A DNA stretch of 64,000 nucleotides from the NCBI GenBank assembly GCA_035438245.1, contig DAORHX010000001.1:6606-70605 (forward strand), read 5' to 3'. How positions within the stretch are numbered: position 1 is the stretch's first letter; every line of letters begins with the position of its first letter. The position numbers and the translations under genes are program-made. The notes beneath the pieces were generated by a model. It was not told the DNA's origin. It saw only the letters and a program-made list of their open reading frames with translations, and did not search any database. This document shows positions 41,399 through 50,721 of this stretch, in pieces. The DNA is from Rubrivivax sp. (GTDB taxonomy: Bacteria > Pseudomonadota > Gammaproteobacteria > Burkholderiales > Burkholderiaceae_C).

Positions 41399-42183
41399 AA
41401 CGACTCCAAGGACGGGTGTGCGTGGTGACCGGTGGCGGCAGCGGCATCGGCCGAGCCAGCGCGCTGCGTTTCGCGGAAGAGGGGGCGTCGGTGCTGGTGG
41501 TCGGCCGCAGCGCGGACAACATCGAGGAGGTGTCATCGGCCGTTCACCAGGCCGGCGGCCGCGCGCAGGCGCTGCGTGCCGACACCACCGACGAAGACGA
41601 AGTGCAGCGCGTTGTGCAGTGCTGTGTCGCTGAGTTCGGTTCCCTCGATGTCTTCTTCGCCAACGCCGGCACGCCAGGCACTAACGCTGGCATCCTGGAA
41701 CAGACGATCGAAGAATGGCAGGACGTGTGGCGCGTCAACGTTCTCAGCTGCATGCTGGCGATCAAGCACGCCGGCCGGGTAATGCGCGAGCAGCGTCGCG
41801 GCTCGATCATCCTCACCTCTTCGGCCGCCTCGCTGCGCGCGAACGCGGGCGCCATCAGCTACAGCGCCAGCAAGGCGGCGGTGAACAGCCTGGCGCAGAC
41901 GGCGGCCAACGCCTTTGCCGGTACCGGCGTGCGCGTCAACGCGCTGCTGCCCGGTCTGGTCGAGACGAAGATGACACGCAAGGTCTTCGAGTACGCGCGC
42001 GAGCGCGGCAAAGAGGGCCGCATCGGCCACATGACACCGCTGCAGCGGGCAGGCCGGCCGGAGGAGATCGCCGCGATGGCCGCCTTCCTGGCCAGCGACG
42101 ACAGCTCCTTCGTCACGGGGCAGCTTTACGCGGTCGACGGTGGCGTGAGCAGCACGCACCCGCACGGGAAGATTCCGGTCTAA
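41395..42183 (+). CDS. Classical SDR oxidoreductase
   Basis: TGGGSGIG, FANAG, YSASK. Confidence 0.9.
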   Translation: MKRLQGRVCVVTGGGSGIGRASALRFAEEGASVLVVGRSADNIEEVSSAVHQAGGRAQALRADTTDEDEVQRVVQCCVAEFGSLDVFFANAGTPGTNAGILEQTIEEWQDVWRVNVLSCMLAIKHAGRVMREQRRGSIILTSSAASLRANAGAISYSASKAAVNSLAQTAANAFAGTGVRVNALLPGLVETKMTRKVFEYARERGKEGRIGHMTPLQRAGRPEEIAAMAAFLASDDSSFVTGQLYAVDGGVSSTHPHGKIPV

Positions 42184-42204
42184 AAATCTGAGGAGTTTGC
42201 ATCG

Positions 42205-43464
42205 ATGGACTTTCGTTTGCCCGAAGCGGTCAGCGCCAAGCTGGCCGAGCTGGATGCCTTCATCGACAAGGAGATCAAGCCGCTGGAGCGCGAGCACCCG
42301 CAGTACTTCGACCACCGCCGCGAATACGCGCGCACCGACTGGGAGAACGATGGCCGGCCGCACCCGAAATGGCGCGAGCTGATCAGCGAGATGGAGCACC
42401 GCGCCGACCGCGCCGGCCACCTGCGCCTGGGCTTGCCCAAAAGCTGCGGCGGCGGCGCTGCCGACAGCCTGATGATCGCCGCGATCCGCGAGCATCTGGC
42501 GGCCAAGGGGCTGGGCTTGCACAACGACCTGCAGGACGAGTCGTCGATCGTCGGCAACTTCCCCATCATTCCGGTGCTCGATGCCTACGGCACGCCGGAA
42601 CAGAAGACCTACATCGAAGGCATCATCAGCGGCAAGAAGCACCTGAGCTTCGGCCTCACCGAACCCGGCCACGGCAGCGACGCCACCTGGCTGGAGACCA
42701 CCGCGGTGCGCGATGGCGCGCAGTGGGTGATCAACGGCATGAAGCGCTGGAACAGCCAGGTCGCTCGCGCGCATGCCAACCTGGTGTTCGCGCGCAGCTC
42801 CGGCAAGCCGGGCGATGGCAAGGGCATCACCGCGTTCATCGTGCCCACCGCCACGCCCGGCCACAAGGTCCTGTACAACCACTGGACCTTCAACATGCCC
42901 TCGGACCATGCCGAGACCGAACTGAAGGACGTGCGCGTGCCCGACAGCGCCATCCTGCACAAGGAAGGCGAAGGCCTGATGGTGGCGCAGCGCTTCGTGC
43001 ACGAGAACCGCATCCGCCAGGCCGCGGCCAGCGCCGGCGCCGCGCGCTACTGCATCACCCAGGCGGCGAAGTACGCGCGTGAACGCATCGCCTTCGGCGA
43101 GCCGCTGTCGAAGAAGCAAGCGGTGCAGTTTCCGTTGGTCGAGCTGTATGCCGAATGCGAAATGGTGCGCAACTACATCTTCCGCACCGCGTGGGAGATG
43201 GGCCGGCGCGATCCGCTGGAGATCAGCGACATGGTCTCGATCTGCAACTTCCGCGCGAACCGGCTGTGTTGCGAGGCGGCCGACCGGGCGATGCAGATCC
43301 ACGGCGGAATGGGCTACAGCCGGGCGATGCCCTTCGAGCACATCTACCGCCACCATCGCCGCTACCGCATCACCGAAGGGACCGAAGAGGTGCAGATGCG
43401 CCGCGTCGCGCAGTACCTGTTCGGCTTCAGCGGCAAGGCGGCCAACTCCAGCGCGGCAGCGTGA
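42205..43464 (+). CDS. Acyl-CoA dehydrogenase
   Basis: FGLTEPGHGSDA, QIHGGMGYS, RYRITEGTEE; coupled to a phosphotransferase. Confidence 0.9.
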   Translation: MDFRLPEAVSAKLAELDAFIDKEIKPLEREHPQYFDHRREYARTDWENDGRPHPKWRELISEMEHRADRAGHLRLGLPKSCGGGAADSLMIAAIREHLAAKGLGLHNDLQDESSIVGNFPIIPVLDAYGTPEQKTYIEGIISGKKHLSFGLTEPGHGSDATWLETTAVRDGAQWVINGMKRWNSQVARAHANLVFARSSGKPGDGKGITAFIVPTATPGHKVLYNHWTFNMPSDHAETELKDVRVPDSAILHKEGEGLMVAQRFVHENRIRQAAASAGAARYCITQAAKYARERIAFGEPLSKKQAVQFPLVELYAECEMVRNYIFRTAWEMGRRDPLEISDMVSICNFRANRLCCEAADRAMQIHGGMGYSRAMPFEHIYRHHRRYRITEGTEEVQMRRVAQYLFGFSGKAANSSAAA

Positions 43465-44510
43465 ATCCGCCAGGCGACGGTGCCGCAACCAGCGAGCGCG
43501 GCATCGACTTCGATGTCGGCGCGCTCGACGCCTACCTGCGCGAGCGACTCGGACATGGGCGCGAGGCGCTGTCGGTGCAGCGCACCGAAGGCGGCATGTC
43601 GAACCCGACCTACTTCCTGGCGCGCGGTGACTGGCAGGCGGTGCTGCGCAAGCAGCCGGCCGGGCCGGTGCTGCCTTCAGCCCATGCCATCGATCGCGAA
43701 TGGCGCGTGCTGAGCGCGCTGCAGCGCAGCCCGATACCGGTGCCAGAGCCGCTGCACTGGTGCGCCGAGCGCGAGGTCATCGGCACGCCGTTCTACCTGA
43801 TGCAGCGGCTGCAGGGCCGTGTGTTCCACGACTTCGCCACGCCCGGGGTCACGCCCGCCGAGCGCAGGGCGATGTTCGAGGCGATGGTCGGCACGATGGC
43901 CGCGATGCATCGCCTCGATCTCGGCGCGCTCTTTCTGGCCGACTATGGCCGGCCGGGCAACTACTTCGCGCGCCAGCTGAAGCGCTGGTCCGAGCAGTGG
44001 GCCGGCTTCAGGCGCGGCGACGACGACAACCCGGCGCTGGACCGCATCGTCGCGTGGCTTGCCGAACGTGTGCCCGACAGCGAGCTGCAGGCGCTGTGCC
44101 ACGGGGACTTCCGCATGAGCAACCTGATGTTCCACGCCAGCGAGCCGCGCGTGGTCGGCGTGCTCGACTGGGAGCTGTCGACGTTAGGGCACCCGTTGGT
44201 CGACGTGGCCTACAACAGCCAGGCCTGGCGCATGGCGCCCGACGAAAACGGCGGACTGCTCGGGCTCGACCTGGCCGCGCTGGGCATCCCCAGCGAGCAG
44301 GACTACCTGGAGCGTTACTACGCGCTGGCCGGCGCGACCGAACGGATGACCACTTTCCACCAGGTGTTCGCGATGTTCCGTGGCGCGGTCGGCAGCGCCG
44401 GCGTGGCGCGCCGCGGCGAGCAGGGCATCGGCTTCCTGCCCGACGCCGCCCGCGTCGGCCGCAGGCTGGCGTTGGCGTATGCGAACCGTGGTTTGGCGCT
44501 GATCGCATGA
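43461..44510 (+). CDS. APH-fold phosphotransferase (ACAD10/11 kinase- or LvaA-like)
   Basis: GGMSNPTY, VLRKQP, SAHAIDREW, HGDFRMSNL, VLDWELSTLGHP. Confidence 0.9.
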   Translation: MNPPGDGAATSERGIDFDVGALDAYLRERLGHGREALSVQRTEGGMSNPTYFLARGDWQAVLRKQPAGPVLPSAHAIDREWRVLSALQRSPIPVPEPLHWCAEREVIGTPFYLMQRLQGRVFHDFATPGVTPAERRAMFEAMVGTMAAMHRLDLGALFLADYGRPGNYFARQLKRWSEQWAGFRRGDDDNPALDRIVAWLAERVPDSELQALCHGDFRMSNLMFHASEPRVVGVLDWELSTLGHPLVDVAYNSQAWRMAPDENGGLLGLDLAALGIPSEQDYLERYYALAGATERMTTFHQVFAMFRGAVGSAGVARRGEQGIGFLPDAARVGRRLALAYANRGLALIA

Positions 44511-44562
44511 TGAAGCCCGACGCCACCCCTCGGCCGCGGCGATCGCCACGCGGTCTCCGCTG

Positions 44563-45792
44563 ATGGAGCGCATCGCCGTCGTCGGCCCGGGGCTGATGGG
44601 CCTGGGCATCACACGCATCGCCGCGGCGGCCGGGTGCGAGGTGCTGCTGCTCGGGCGCGATCCGGCGGCCGCGCTGGTGGGGCGTCAGCGCTTGGCAGCG
44701 CAGCTCGAACGCGAGGTGGCACGCGGGCGCACGACGGCGGAGCAGAGCGCGCGCGTGCTTGCGGGGGTGCGCGCCGCAAGTTCGGATGCCGAACTGGGCG
44801 GCTGCACGCTGGCCATCGAATCGGTGCCCGAGGAACGCGCGCTCAAGCTCGACACGCTGCGCCGCCTGCAGGCCGCGTTGCCGCCGGCGGCGCTGATCGC
44901 CAGCAACACCAGCGGGCTGCCGATCAGCGGCCTGGCGCGCTCTCTCGACCAGCCCGAGCGCTTCCTCGGCCTGCACTTCTTTTCGCCGGTGGAACGCATG
45001 AAGCTGGTCGAGGTGGTGCGCGGCGAAGCGACTGCGGCTTCGACGCTGCGCGCTGCGCTGGACTTCGTGCGACGGTTGGGCCAGGTGCCGGTGGTGGTGC
45101 GCGATGGCCCCGGCTTCTTCACCTCGCGGGTGTTCGCGGCCTACCTGGATGAGGCGCTGGCGCTGGTAGGGGAGGGTGTACCGCCGAGCGATGTCGATGC
45201 AGTCGCCCGCGAGCTGGGTCGCGCGATCGGACCGCTCGCGCTGCTCGACGACATCTCTCTGGCGCTGAACCTGCAGCAGATCGAACAGGCGCGCGCCGAT
45301 GGGCTGCCGGCTTTGCGCTGCCGCCCGCTGGGCGCGCCGGTGCTTGCGGCGATGGTCGCCGCGGGGCGATCGGGGCGCCGTCAAGGCGGTGGCTTCTACG
45401 ACATCGCCAGCGACGGCGCGCGTGTGCCCTGGTCCGGTCTCGCGCGCCTGTTCTCAGGCCGGACGGCCGGGATGCCCCCCGAGGCCATCGCACAGCGCCT
45501 GCGCTGGATCGAGGCGATCGAGGCACTGCATTGTCTCGAAGAAGGCGTGCTGGACAGCGCCGACGATGCCGATGCCGCCACGATGCTTGGCCTGGCCTAT
45601 CCGCGCGCAGATGGCGGCGTGCTGAGCTGGGTGGAGCGCTTCGGGCTGGCCGGTTTCGTCGCACGGGCGGTCGTGCTGGCCGAGCGCCACGGCGAGCGCT
45701 TTCGCCCATCGCCATGGCTGCGCGGCGTGGCCGCGGCCGATGGCGGCCTGCGCCGCTGGCGCTCCTCGAACTCAGAAGGAACACTGCCATGA
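44563..45792 (+). CDS. 3-hydroxyacyl-CoA dehydrogenase (FadJ C-terminal half-like)
   Basis: VGPGLMG, IESVPE, ASNTSGLPI, GLHFFSPVERMKLVEVV, two C-terminal helical domains. Confidence 0.88.
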   Translation: MERIAVVGPGLMGLGITRIAAAAGCEVLLLGRDPAAALVGRQRLAAQLEREVARGRTTAEQSARVLAGVRAASSDAELGGCTLAIESVPEERALKLDTLRRLQAALPPAALIASNTSGLPISGLARSLDQPERFLGLHFFSPVERMKLVEVVRGEATAASTLRAALDFVRRLGQVPVVVRDGPGFFTSRVFAAYLDEALALVGEGVPPSDVDAVARELGRAIGPLALLDDISLALNLQQIEQARADGLPALRCRPLGAPVLAAMVAAGRSGRRQGGGFYDIASDGARVPWSGLARLFSGRTAGMPPEAIAQRLRWIEAIEALHCLEEGVLDSADDADAATMLGLAYPRADGGVLSWVERFGLAGFVARAVVLAERHGERFRPSPWLRGVAAADGGLRRWRSSNSEGTLP

Positions 45793-46898
45793 ATGGACCG
45801 CTGCATGGCCTGCGCATCCTCGAACTGGCCGCGATCGGGCCGGCGCCGTTCTGCGGCGCGTTGCTGGCTGACCTGGGCGCCGATGTCGTGCGCGTTGACC
45901 GTGTGCTCGCGCCCGGCCGTGAGCCGGAGCAACCGCCCCGCTTCGATTTCTACAACCGCAACAAGCGATCGGTGGCGCTCGATCTGAAGACGCCGCAGGG
46001 GCTGGGCACAGTGCTGGACTTGGTGGCACGCGCCGATGTGCTGCTCGAGGGCTTTCGTCCCGGCGTTACCGAGCGCCTCGGTCTCGGGCCTGATGTGTGC
46101 CTGGCGCGCAACCCGCGGCTGGTCTATGGCCGCATGACCGGCTGGGGCCAGGACGGCCCGCTGGCCCATGAAGCCGGGCACGATATCAACTATCTGGCGA
46201 TCACCGGTGCCCTCGGCAGCCTGGGGGCGCCGGGAACGCCGCCGCCGCCGCCACTGAACCTGGTCGCTGACCTTGGCGGCGGCGCGATGTACCTCGCCGT
46301 CGGCGTGCTGGCTGCGGCCTGGACGGCGCGCGCCAGCGGGCGCGGGCAAGTGGTCGATGCAGCAATGGTCGACGGCGTGGCGCACCTGATGTCGGCCTTC
46401 CAGGCCTACCGGCAGCAGGGCACGTGGACCGCGAACCGAGGCGAGAACATCGTCGACGGTGGGGCGCCGTTCTACGGCACCTACGAGACCGCCGATGGCC
46501 GCTATGTCGCCGTCGGTGCGATCGAGCCGCAGTTCTATGCCGCGCTGCTGGCGGTGATGGATCTGGACCCGACTACCTTGCCGCCACAGAACGAGCGCGC
46601 GTCGTGGCCGGCGATGCGTGGTCGCTTCGCCGAGGTATTCCGCAAGCGTACCCAGCAGGCCTGGGTGGAAGCAGCCGCGGGCCGCGATGCCTGTCTGGCT
46701 CCGGTGCTGAGCATCGACGAGGCGCCGCAGCACCCGCAGATGGCGGCGCGCGGCACCTTCAGCGATTTCGACGGCCTGAAGCACCCGTCCCCGGCGCCCC
46801 GCTTCTCGGTGACGCCCAGCTCGCTGCGCAGGCCGGCGCCGTTGCCCGGCGAGCATCAGCAGGAAGTGCTGAGCGACTGGGGCGTGACGGCAGCCTAA
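45789..46898 (+). CDS. Alpha-methylacyl-CoA racemase-like CaiB/BaiF family protein
   Basis: IGPAPFCG, EGFRPGVTERLGLG, GHDINY and NLVADLGGG (racemase His/Asp positions). Confidence 0.85.
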   Translation: MNGPLHGLRILELAAIGPAPFCGALLADLGADVVRVDRVLAPGREPEQPPRFDFYNRNKRSVALDLKTPQGLGTVLDLVARADVLLEGFRPGVTERLGLGPDVCLARNPRLVYGRMTGWGQDGPLAHEAGHDINYLAITGALGSLGAPGTPPPPPLNLVADLGGGAMYLAVGVLAAAWTARASGRGQVVDAAMVDGVAHLMSAFQAYRQQGTWTANRGENIVDGGAPFYGTYETADGRYVAVGAIEPQFYAALLAVMDLDPTTLPPQNERASWPAMRGRFAEVFRKRTQQAWVEAAAGRDACLAPVLSIDEAPQHPQMAARGTFSDFDGLKHPSPAPRFSVTPSSLRRPAPLPGEHQQEVLSDWGVTAA

Positions 46899-46942
46899 GA
46901 CGCTGGACGCGCTGCGCAGCGCTGGAAAATACTTAGTGTAAA

Positions 46943-46956
46943 GTACACTAGTGTAA
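46943..46956. promoter_or_regulatory. Palindromic operator copy 7 (GTACACTAGTGTAA)
   Basis: AT-rich gap upstream of aliB; TAGTGTAA is also repeated 15 bp earlier. Confidence 0.72.
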
Positions 46957-46990
46957 TATATGATGAACCGATCCGCAGGAGACAACGACG

Positions 46991-48142
46991 ATGGTGCTGA
47001 CCGACGACCAGAAGGCCTTGCAGGAGACCGCCCGCCGCTTCGCCCGCGAACGCTTGCTGCCGCAGTATCAGAAGCGCGAGAAGAGCGGCGAGCTCGACCG
47101 CGAGCTGATCGCCGAGATGGGCCGGCTCGGCCTGCTCGGCACCGATCTACCCGAGGAGTTGGGCGGCCTGGGCGTCGATGCGGTGACCACCGGGCTGATC
47201 GCCGAAGAGCTGGCCTATGGCGACTTCAACGTCAGCGCCGTGCCGGTGGGCATTTCGCTCAACGGCGCGATCCTGATGCGCCACGCGCCGCCCGAGGTGG
47301 TGCGCGAATGGGTGCCGCGCATGACGCGCGGCGAGGCGGTGGTGGCGATCTGCCTGACCGAGCCGCGCGGCGGCTCCGACGCGAGCAACCTCATGCTCAA
47401 GGCGCGGCGCGAGGGTGACCACTATGTCATCAACGGCGAGAAGACCTCGATCACCTTCGCCGACCGCGCCGATGCCTACCTGATCTTCGCACGCACCGGC
47501 AGGCCGGAAGAGGGTGCAAAGGGGGTCAGCGCCTTCTTCATCCCCTACGAAGGCACTAAAGGCATCTCCCGCACCAAGTTCGACGACGTGGGCAGCGCAA
47601 TCATCGGCCGCGGCTCGGTGTTCTTCGACGACGTGCGTGTGCCGCTCAGCCACCGGTTGGGCGACGAAGGCAAGGGCTTTACGCAGGTGATGCAGGGCTT
47701 CGACTACAGCCGTGCCCTGATCGGCCTGCAATGCGTGGGCGCGGCGCAGGCCAGCCTTGACGAGGCCTGGGATTACAGCAAGGAGCGCGAGGCCTTCGGC
47801 AGGCCGATCGGCCAGTTCCAAGGCGTGAGCTTCCCGCTGGCCGAAGGCGAGTCGCAGATCGCCGCGGTGCGGCAGCTCTGCTACCACGCTTTGGCGTTGA
47901 GGGATGCGGGTCTGCCGCATACCTCGGAGGCGGCGATGTGCAAATGGATGGGGCCGCGCAACGCCTTCGACGTGATCCACCAGTGCCTGCTGACCTTCGG
48001 CCACTACGGCTGGAGCAAGGACTTGCCTCACCAGCAACGCATGCGCGACGTGATGGGGCTGGAGATCGGCGACGGCACCGCGCAGATCATGAAGCTGATC
48101 ATCGCGCGCGAACGCATCGGTCGCGCGGCCGTCCAGTACTGA
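46991..48142 (+). CDS. aliB: Cyclohexanecarboxyl-CoA dehydrogenase
   Basis: LTEPRGGSDA, GEKTSITFA, GRGSVFFD, QGFDYSRALIGLQC, PHQQRMRDVMGLEIGDGTAQIMK. Confidence 0.85.
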   Translation: MVLTDDQKALQETARRFARERLLPQYQKREKSGELDRELIAEMGRLGLLGTDLPEELGGLGVDAVTTGLIAEELAYGDFNVSAVPVGISLNGAILMRHAPPEVVREWVPRMTRGEAVVAICLTEPRGGSDASNLMLKARREGDHYVINGEKTSITFADRADAYLIFARTGRPEEGAKGVSAFFIPYEGTKGISRTKFDDVGSAIIGRGSVFFDDVRVPLSHRLGDEGKGFTQVMQGFDYSRALIGLQCVGAAQASLDEAWDYSKEREAFGRPIGQFQGVSFPLAEGESQIAAVRQLCYHALALRDAGLPHTSEAAMCKWMGPRNAFDVIHQCLLTFGHYGWSKDLPHQQRMRDVMGLEIGDGTAQIMKLIIARERIGRAAVQY

Positions 48143-48157
48143 GGAAGCATTGCACCC

Positions 48158-49033
48158 ATGGGCTACCAGTCGATCTTCAGGGCGGGGCTGTTCGCCGGCC
48201 AGACCATCATCGTCACCGGCGGCGGCAGCGGCATCGGCCGCTGCACCGCGCACGAGCTGGCCGCGCTCGGTGCGCATGTCGCGCTGGTCGGGCGCAAGCT
48301 GGACAAGCTGCAGGCTGTGCAGGCCGAAATCGCCGAGGACGGTGGCAGCGCCAGCTGCCACGCCGCAGACATCCGCGAGGAGCCGATGGTCGTCGATGTC
48401 ATCGAAGCGGTGTTGCGCGAACGCGGCCGCATCGATGCGCTGGTCAACAACGCCGGCGGCCAGTACCGCACGGCGATGAAGACCATCAGCACCAAGGGCT
48501 TCGAGGCGGTGGTGCGCAGCAACCTCACCGGCGGCTTCATCTTCATGCGCGAGGTCTTCAACCGATGGATGGAGCAGCACGGCGGTGCGATCGTCAACGT
48601 CATCGCCGACATCTGGCATGGCTGGCCGGACTATGCGCACTCCGGAGCGGCGCGCGGCGGCATGCTGACGCTGACCGAGACCGCTGCCTGCGAATGGGCC
48701 GCCAGCGGCGTGCGCGTCAACTGCGTGGCGCCCAGCGGCATCGCCTCCAGCGGCTTCGACACCTACACGCCCGAGGCCAAGGCCAAGATCCTCCAGTTTC
48801 CGCCTACGGTACCGCTGCAACGCTACGGCACCGAAGCCGAGATCTCGTCGGCCATTGTCTATCTGCTGTCGCCGGCGGCGGCCTACATCACCGGCTCGTG
48901 CCTGCGCGTCGACGGCGGTACGCCCAACAACAAGCCCAGCTACTGGAAAGTCCAGCCCAGCCGCAACAACGTCCCCTTCGAAGGCTTTCATCGCGCGGTG
49001 CAGCCGGATCTCCTGAAGCACGGGGTCCGCTGA
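48158..49033 (+). CDS. SDR, AtuB/peroxisomal trans-2-enoyl-CoA reductase-like
   Basis: SIFRAGLFAGQTIIVTGGGSGIGRCTAHELAALGA, NNAGGQY, HSGAARGGM, GFHRA. Confidence 0.85.
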   Translation: MGYQSIFRAGLFAGQTIIVTGGGSGIGRCTAHELAALGAHVALVGRKLDKLQAVQAEIAEDGGSASCHAADIREEPMVVDVIEAVLRERGRIDALVNNAGGQYRTAMKTISTKGFEAVVRSNLTGGFIFMREVFNRWMEQHGGAIVNVIADIWHGWPDYAHSGAARGGMLTLTETAACEWAASGVRVNCVAPSGIASSGFDTYTPEAKAKILQFPPTVPLQRYGTEAEISSAIVYLLSPAAAYITGSCLRVDGGTPNNKPSYWKVQPSRNNVPFEGFHRAVQPDLLKHGVR

Positions 49034-49035
49034 CG

Positions 49036-49620
49036 ATGAGGCTTACGCTGGTGCGCCACGGACGGCCGGATGAAGGCAATGCGGCGCGGCCGCATGACCC
49101 ACCGCTGAGGGCAGACGGCCAACGCCAGGCCGAGGCGGTAGCGAGGCTGCTGGCAGACGAGGGCGTCACATCGATCGTCGCCAGTCCGTTGTTGCGCGCT
49201 CACGAGACCGCGCTGCCGTTGGCTGGGAGGCTCGGACTCCCGATCCGCACCGTCGAGGGCTGGGCCGAAGCCGACCGGCACGTAGCCCACTATCGCAGCA
49301 CCGAGACGCTGCGTGCGCTGGGTGATGCCGAATGGCAACTCTTTCTCGACGATCCGGTGCTCTATCTCGGTGGGGACCCACAGGTTTTTCGCGGCACCGT
49401 GCTCGATGCCTTGCTCGCTGCGGCGGAAGGCGACGAGAAAGCACATGTCGCGGTGTTTACCCATGGCTTGCCGATCAATGTCACGCTGGCGTGTGTGCTG
49501 GGGTTGGAGAAGATCGTGCACTTCCGTCCTGGCTATGGCTCGGTCACCCGGCTTCTCGCGCGCGCCGGGCGCTTCGGCGTGGTCAGCGTCAACGAAAGCG
49601 CGCACTTCAGACTGTCATGA
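49036..49620 (+). CDS. Histidine phosphatase family protein
   Basis: LVRHG, SPLLRAHETA, VFTHG. Confidence 0.88.
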   Translation: MRLTLVRHGRPDEGNAARPHDPPLRADGQRQAEAVARLLADEGVTSIVASPLLRAHETALPLAGRLGLPIRTVEGWAEADRHVAHYRSTETLRALGDAEWQLFLDDPVLYLGGDPQVFRGTVLDALLAAAEGDEKAHVAVFTHGLPINVTLACVLGLEKIVHFRPGYGSVTRLLARAGRFGVVSVNESAHFRLS

Positions 49621-50645
49621 CCCAACTCATCGACGACGCCGCGCTCGCGCCGCGCATCAGGCGCTACCTGTCCGACCAAGTCGGCCACCCGGTGCACGTG
49701 GGCACCATCCGGCGCTTCCCGGTGGGCTTCTCGTGGCTGACCTATGCGGTGCCGGTGGACGGCCTCGACGAGGCTGGCCCGCGCGAGCTGATCTTGCGCC
49801 TCGGGCCGGACTACGGGCTGTTCGCTCCCTACAGCGCATTGCCGCAGGTGCTGGCGATGCGCTCGCTCGAGGGCAGCGGCGTGGCGGTGCCGCGCGCCTT
49901 CTGGCACGACGACGACCCGACAATCCTGGGCGCGCCCTTCATGTTCAGCGACAAGGCCGAAGGTGAGGCCGTCGTGCCCTGGGTGTCGCCGAGCGAGCCG
50001 CCGCTTGAGGAAGGCCTACGCATCCGGCTCGCGCACCAGTTCATCGATTGCCTGGCCGCGCTGCATCGCGTCGACTGGCGCCAGCAGCCCATCGCCGCGA
50101 TGGCCGGCGACGTCGACGAGCGCAACGCTGCGCTGCGCAGCGTGCAGACTTGGGAGGCGTTGATCCAGCGTTGGCAGATGCGGCCTTACCCGCTGGCCGA
50201 CTGGGGTCTGCGTTGGCTGAAGGCGCATTGCCCGACGGCACCGCGTGTCACGATCGTGCACGGCGACTATCGCACCGGCAACTTCCTGCAAACCGATGGC
50301 GCCATCACCGCCATTCTCGACTGGGAACTGGTGCACCTGGGCGACCCGCACGAAGACCTGGCCTGGGCCAGCATGCCCATGTACAAGGGCGGCACGCCCT
50401 ATATCGGCCGTCTGGCTGAACCGGAGCTGTTCTACGGGCGTTATGCCGACAAAGCGGGCATCGAGGTGTCGATGGACGCCGTGCGCTACTACCAGGTGTT
50501 CTCGCTGCTGAAGCTGGCTGCTACACACATGGCGGCGGCGCGTTGCTTCGAGGAAGGCCGCTTCAACGACATGCGCATGCCGGCGATGGGCAGCCAGATC
50601 GCGACCTGCCTTCGTCAGATGGACAAACTGATCGAATCCGCATGA
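49617..50645 (+). CDS. APH-fold phosphotransferase (LvaA-like)
   Basis: GFSWLTY, LILRLGP, VHGDYRTGNF, ILDWELVHLGDPHEDLAW. Confidence 0.9.
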   Translation: MTQLIDDAALAPRIRRYLSDQVGHPVHVGTIRRFPVGFSWLTYAVPVDGLDEAGPRELILRLGPDYGLFAPYSALPQVLAMRSLEGSGVAVPRAFWHDDDPTILGAPFMFSDKAEGEAVVPWVSPSEPPLEEGLRIRLAHQFIDCLAALHRVDWRQQPIAAMAGDVDERNAALRSVQTWEALIQRWQMRPYPLADWGLRWLKAHCPTAPRVTIVHGDYRTGNFLQTDGAITAILDWELVHLGDPHEDLAWASMPMYKGGTPYIGRLAEPELFYGRYADKAGIEVSMDAVRYYQVFSLLKLAATHMAAARCFEEGRFNDMRMPAMGSQIATCLRQMDKLIESA

Positions 50646-50721
50646 CGACCCCCATGTTCACACTATTCGCTGCCCGCCGAGGAGGTTCGATCCTCTTTGG
50701 GGACACCCTGCAGGAGGCCGA

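Noticed and set aside
20488-48142. Anaerobic benzoate degradation cluster
   Set aside because: No benzoyl-CoA reductase subunits, ferredoxin or recognisable benzoate-CoA ligase in the window.
43461-50645. Aminoglycoside resistance phosphotransferases
   Set aside because: Motifs and context match the acyl-CoA-associated kinase branch, not resistance APHs.
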